A DNA stretch of 9,572 nucleotides, from the IMG/VR virus record IMGVR_UViG_2778261569_000018. One strand, given 5' to 3'. The notes under the pieces are model-generated. The model saw only the letters and a list, made by a program, of their open reading frames with translations, ran no database searches and had not been told where the DNA came from. Origin of the DNA: a virus. Lineage: Duplodnaviria > Heunggongvirae > Uroviricota > Caudoviricetes. A program made the position numbers and the translations under genes. Shown piece after piece: positions 7,672 to 9,572 of this stretch. Positions within the stretch are counted from its first letter, which is position 1. Every line of letters starts with the position of its first letter.

Positions 7672-7862
7672 TTTTCACCCCCAAGAATTACCAGCTCGGC
7701 ACGGGCATCGTTAACCAAAGATGAGCACGCTTTAATCGCATCCACGACATCAGTAGCGTCCATTTCTTCAGCCGAAAGACTGACAGCAACCAGGACAGCC
7801 GCTGCTTGCTCGATTAATTGAAGTGCGGACGTAAGGCGAGGGGTATTAATTGAGTTATTCAT
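7668..7862 (-). CDS. Hypothetical small acidic protein, about 64 aa
   Basis: The ORF-track frame extends to 7919, but the ATG at 7860-7862 (MNNSINTPRL...) makes an 8-nt ATGAATAA overlap with the upstream gene's stop at 7855-7857. Confidence 0.5.
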   Translation of the reverse strand: MNNSINTPRLTSALQLIEQAAAVLVAVSLSAEEMDATDVVDAIKACSSLVNDARAELVILGGEK

Positions 7863-8073
7863 TGGTTGCCCCCGTTTTTCCTGGCATTTCGCCACCTTCC
7901 AGCAGGAAATGAACGTCACGAACGGCGAGATCCAATATCGCGAGTAACGCCTTCAGTCTTTCGTCTCGTGAGGGAGAGTTGCTCACCAGAATGTCGTTAA
8001 TCACTTCTGTCAGTGTGATGATCTGGCTTGTGCGTTCGAGGGGATCCATATGCACATCGTAGGTTTTAATCAT
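7855..8073 (-). CDS. Hypothetical small protein, 72 aa
   Basis: ATG at 8071-8073 (MIKTYDVHMDPLERTSQ...) preceded by GGAGGTG with a 4-6 nt spacer. It is the C-terminal part of the 355-aa ORF-track frame, but the strong internal RBS and the rare-codon run upstream argue for a separate gene. Confidence 0.55.
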   Translation of the reverse strand: MIKTYDVHMDPLERTSQIITLTEVINDILVSNSPSRDERLKALLAILDLAVRDVHFLLEGGEMPGKTGATNE

Positions 8074-8260
8074 GTGCCACCTCCATGCGGATACGACCAG
8101 CAAAAAAGCAGATGTGATCGCGCACCAGAGAACGGCGAGCATCGCGTTCAGACTCGGCAGCAATATGATGAATTTTGGCGGTAATTGTCGGGCAATCGCG
8201 GCGAACTGCGGCGATAATCCAGATAAATTGCGGTTTTTGGGTAGGGGTAGTAGCCAGCAT
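8066..8260 (-). CDS. Hypothetical small protein, 64 aa
   Basis: ATG at 8258-8260 ([22 protein letters not shown]...) preceded by AAGGAGG with a 7-nt spacer. Codon usage in this frame is good, while the alternative frame here has CTA CTA CCC CTA. Stop TAA at 8066-8068 overlaps the next start (ATGATTAA). The ORF-track start at 8407 is a TTG. Confidence 0.55.
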   Translation of the reverse strand: MLATTPTQKPQFIWIIAAVRRDCPTITAKIHHIAAESERDARRSLVRDHICFFAGRIRMEVAHD

Positions 8261-8922
8261 GTGGCAGCCTCCTTGTACTGGGAGTTCTTCCCACCACCGG
8301 AGCTGCGAAACTCGCTGGTGGTGGACTGAACAGAGTTCGCAGTACCGGCGTACAAGGAAACCGGCCAGCCTTTCGGCTGCCCTGTCCAGCCCACCATAAT
8401 TTTGCAAGCGACGCGGATTATAACCGCATCACTGAAAAAAGTGTGAGTCTGGCTAACGGCACAAAAAAAGACGCTCGGCGCGTCATGTGTCGCCTCGTAC
8501 ATTTCCGGGCTGCGAAACCCGGCACCCGTTTTATGAGGTGCCTTATAACCATAAACCGTGTTGCCGCATAACGGCAAGCTCTTTTTTATGGACTCCGAAA
8601 ACTCACTATTGGAAGCACCAGATGCACAATACATCGCGCTCATTTCGTTAACGTCGCGCGTGTGGACGAAGGTTTTTGTGGAGTCACTACGCGAGCAGAG
8701 AAAGCCATCTACGACCAGAAATTCTCTGGCGCAGCCGCCGACCTTCTCAACGCTAACACCATCGACCGTAATTTCTGACATAGTTAAGGCATCCGCTCCC
8801 ACCACCAGAAAATGATAAACTTTGCTTGTATCTGCTGTATTAATGCCAGACTTTGCTGTCATATTGCTGGATTTTGGCGACATACCAGCCAGTGAAAATA
8901 TCTTCTTCTGGACGGTTAGCAT
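8254..8922 (-). CDS. Hypothetical protein of about 220 aa, first gene of the operon; 3' end unresolved because the frame has no stop before 7855
   Basis: ATG at 8920-8922 preceded by GGAGG with a 7-nt spacer. Plausible codon usage from 8922 to about 8260. No family recognised. Confidence 0.4.
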
Positions 8923-9014
8923 TTGTTAACCTCCGCGAACTCCTTCATGAAGCGCGCCAGCGGTTGTACGCATGGCGATTGATACCCGTCGCGATAAAAC
9001 GTCACTCGGTTGTG

Positions 9015-9572
<558 letters not shown>

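Noticed and set aside
8274-8296. SSGGGKNS in the first operon gene as a possible PP-loop (SGGxDS) ATP-binding motif
   Set aside because: Imperfect match, located in the C-terminal part rather than near an N-terminal Rossmann-like segment, and it coincides with the repeated hairpin sequence. Not enough to call a PAPS-reductase or QueC-like enzyme.

Overview
The window is an 8.4-kb block of accessory DNA (559-9014) bracketed by two inverted, apparently identical 558-bp copies of the 3' end of an IS3-family element (IS629/IS1203-like), both cut by the window edges. All convincing cargo genes lie on the minus strand. From high to low coordinate: a tightly overlapped operon of small hypothetical genes (8922 down to 5879), a zinc-ribbon/Toprim primase-like gene, two signal-peptide proteins each followed by its own terminator, and then the conserved back-end module of E. 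coli CP4-type cryptic prophage islands (DUF932, KlcA/ArdB-like antirestriction, RadC-like, YeeT/DUF987, CbeA-like antitoxin, CbtA-like toxin). The toxin-antitoxin pair is decayed: the antitoxin carries a 10-nt insertion frameshift and the toxin is frameshifted and truncated by the left IS. The most interesting candidate for something undescribed is the pair of secreted proteins in the variable slot between primase and DUF932, one with an Ivy-like C-x4-C-G motif, together with the uncharacterised translationally coupled operon upstream. No tRNA, rRNA or CRISPR array was seen. All family assignments are from recall of protein families and reading the sequence by eye; no database search was run.
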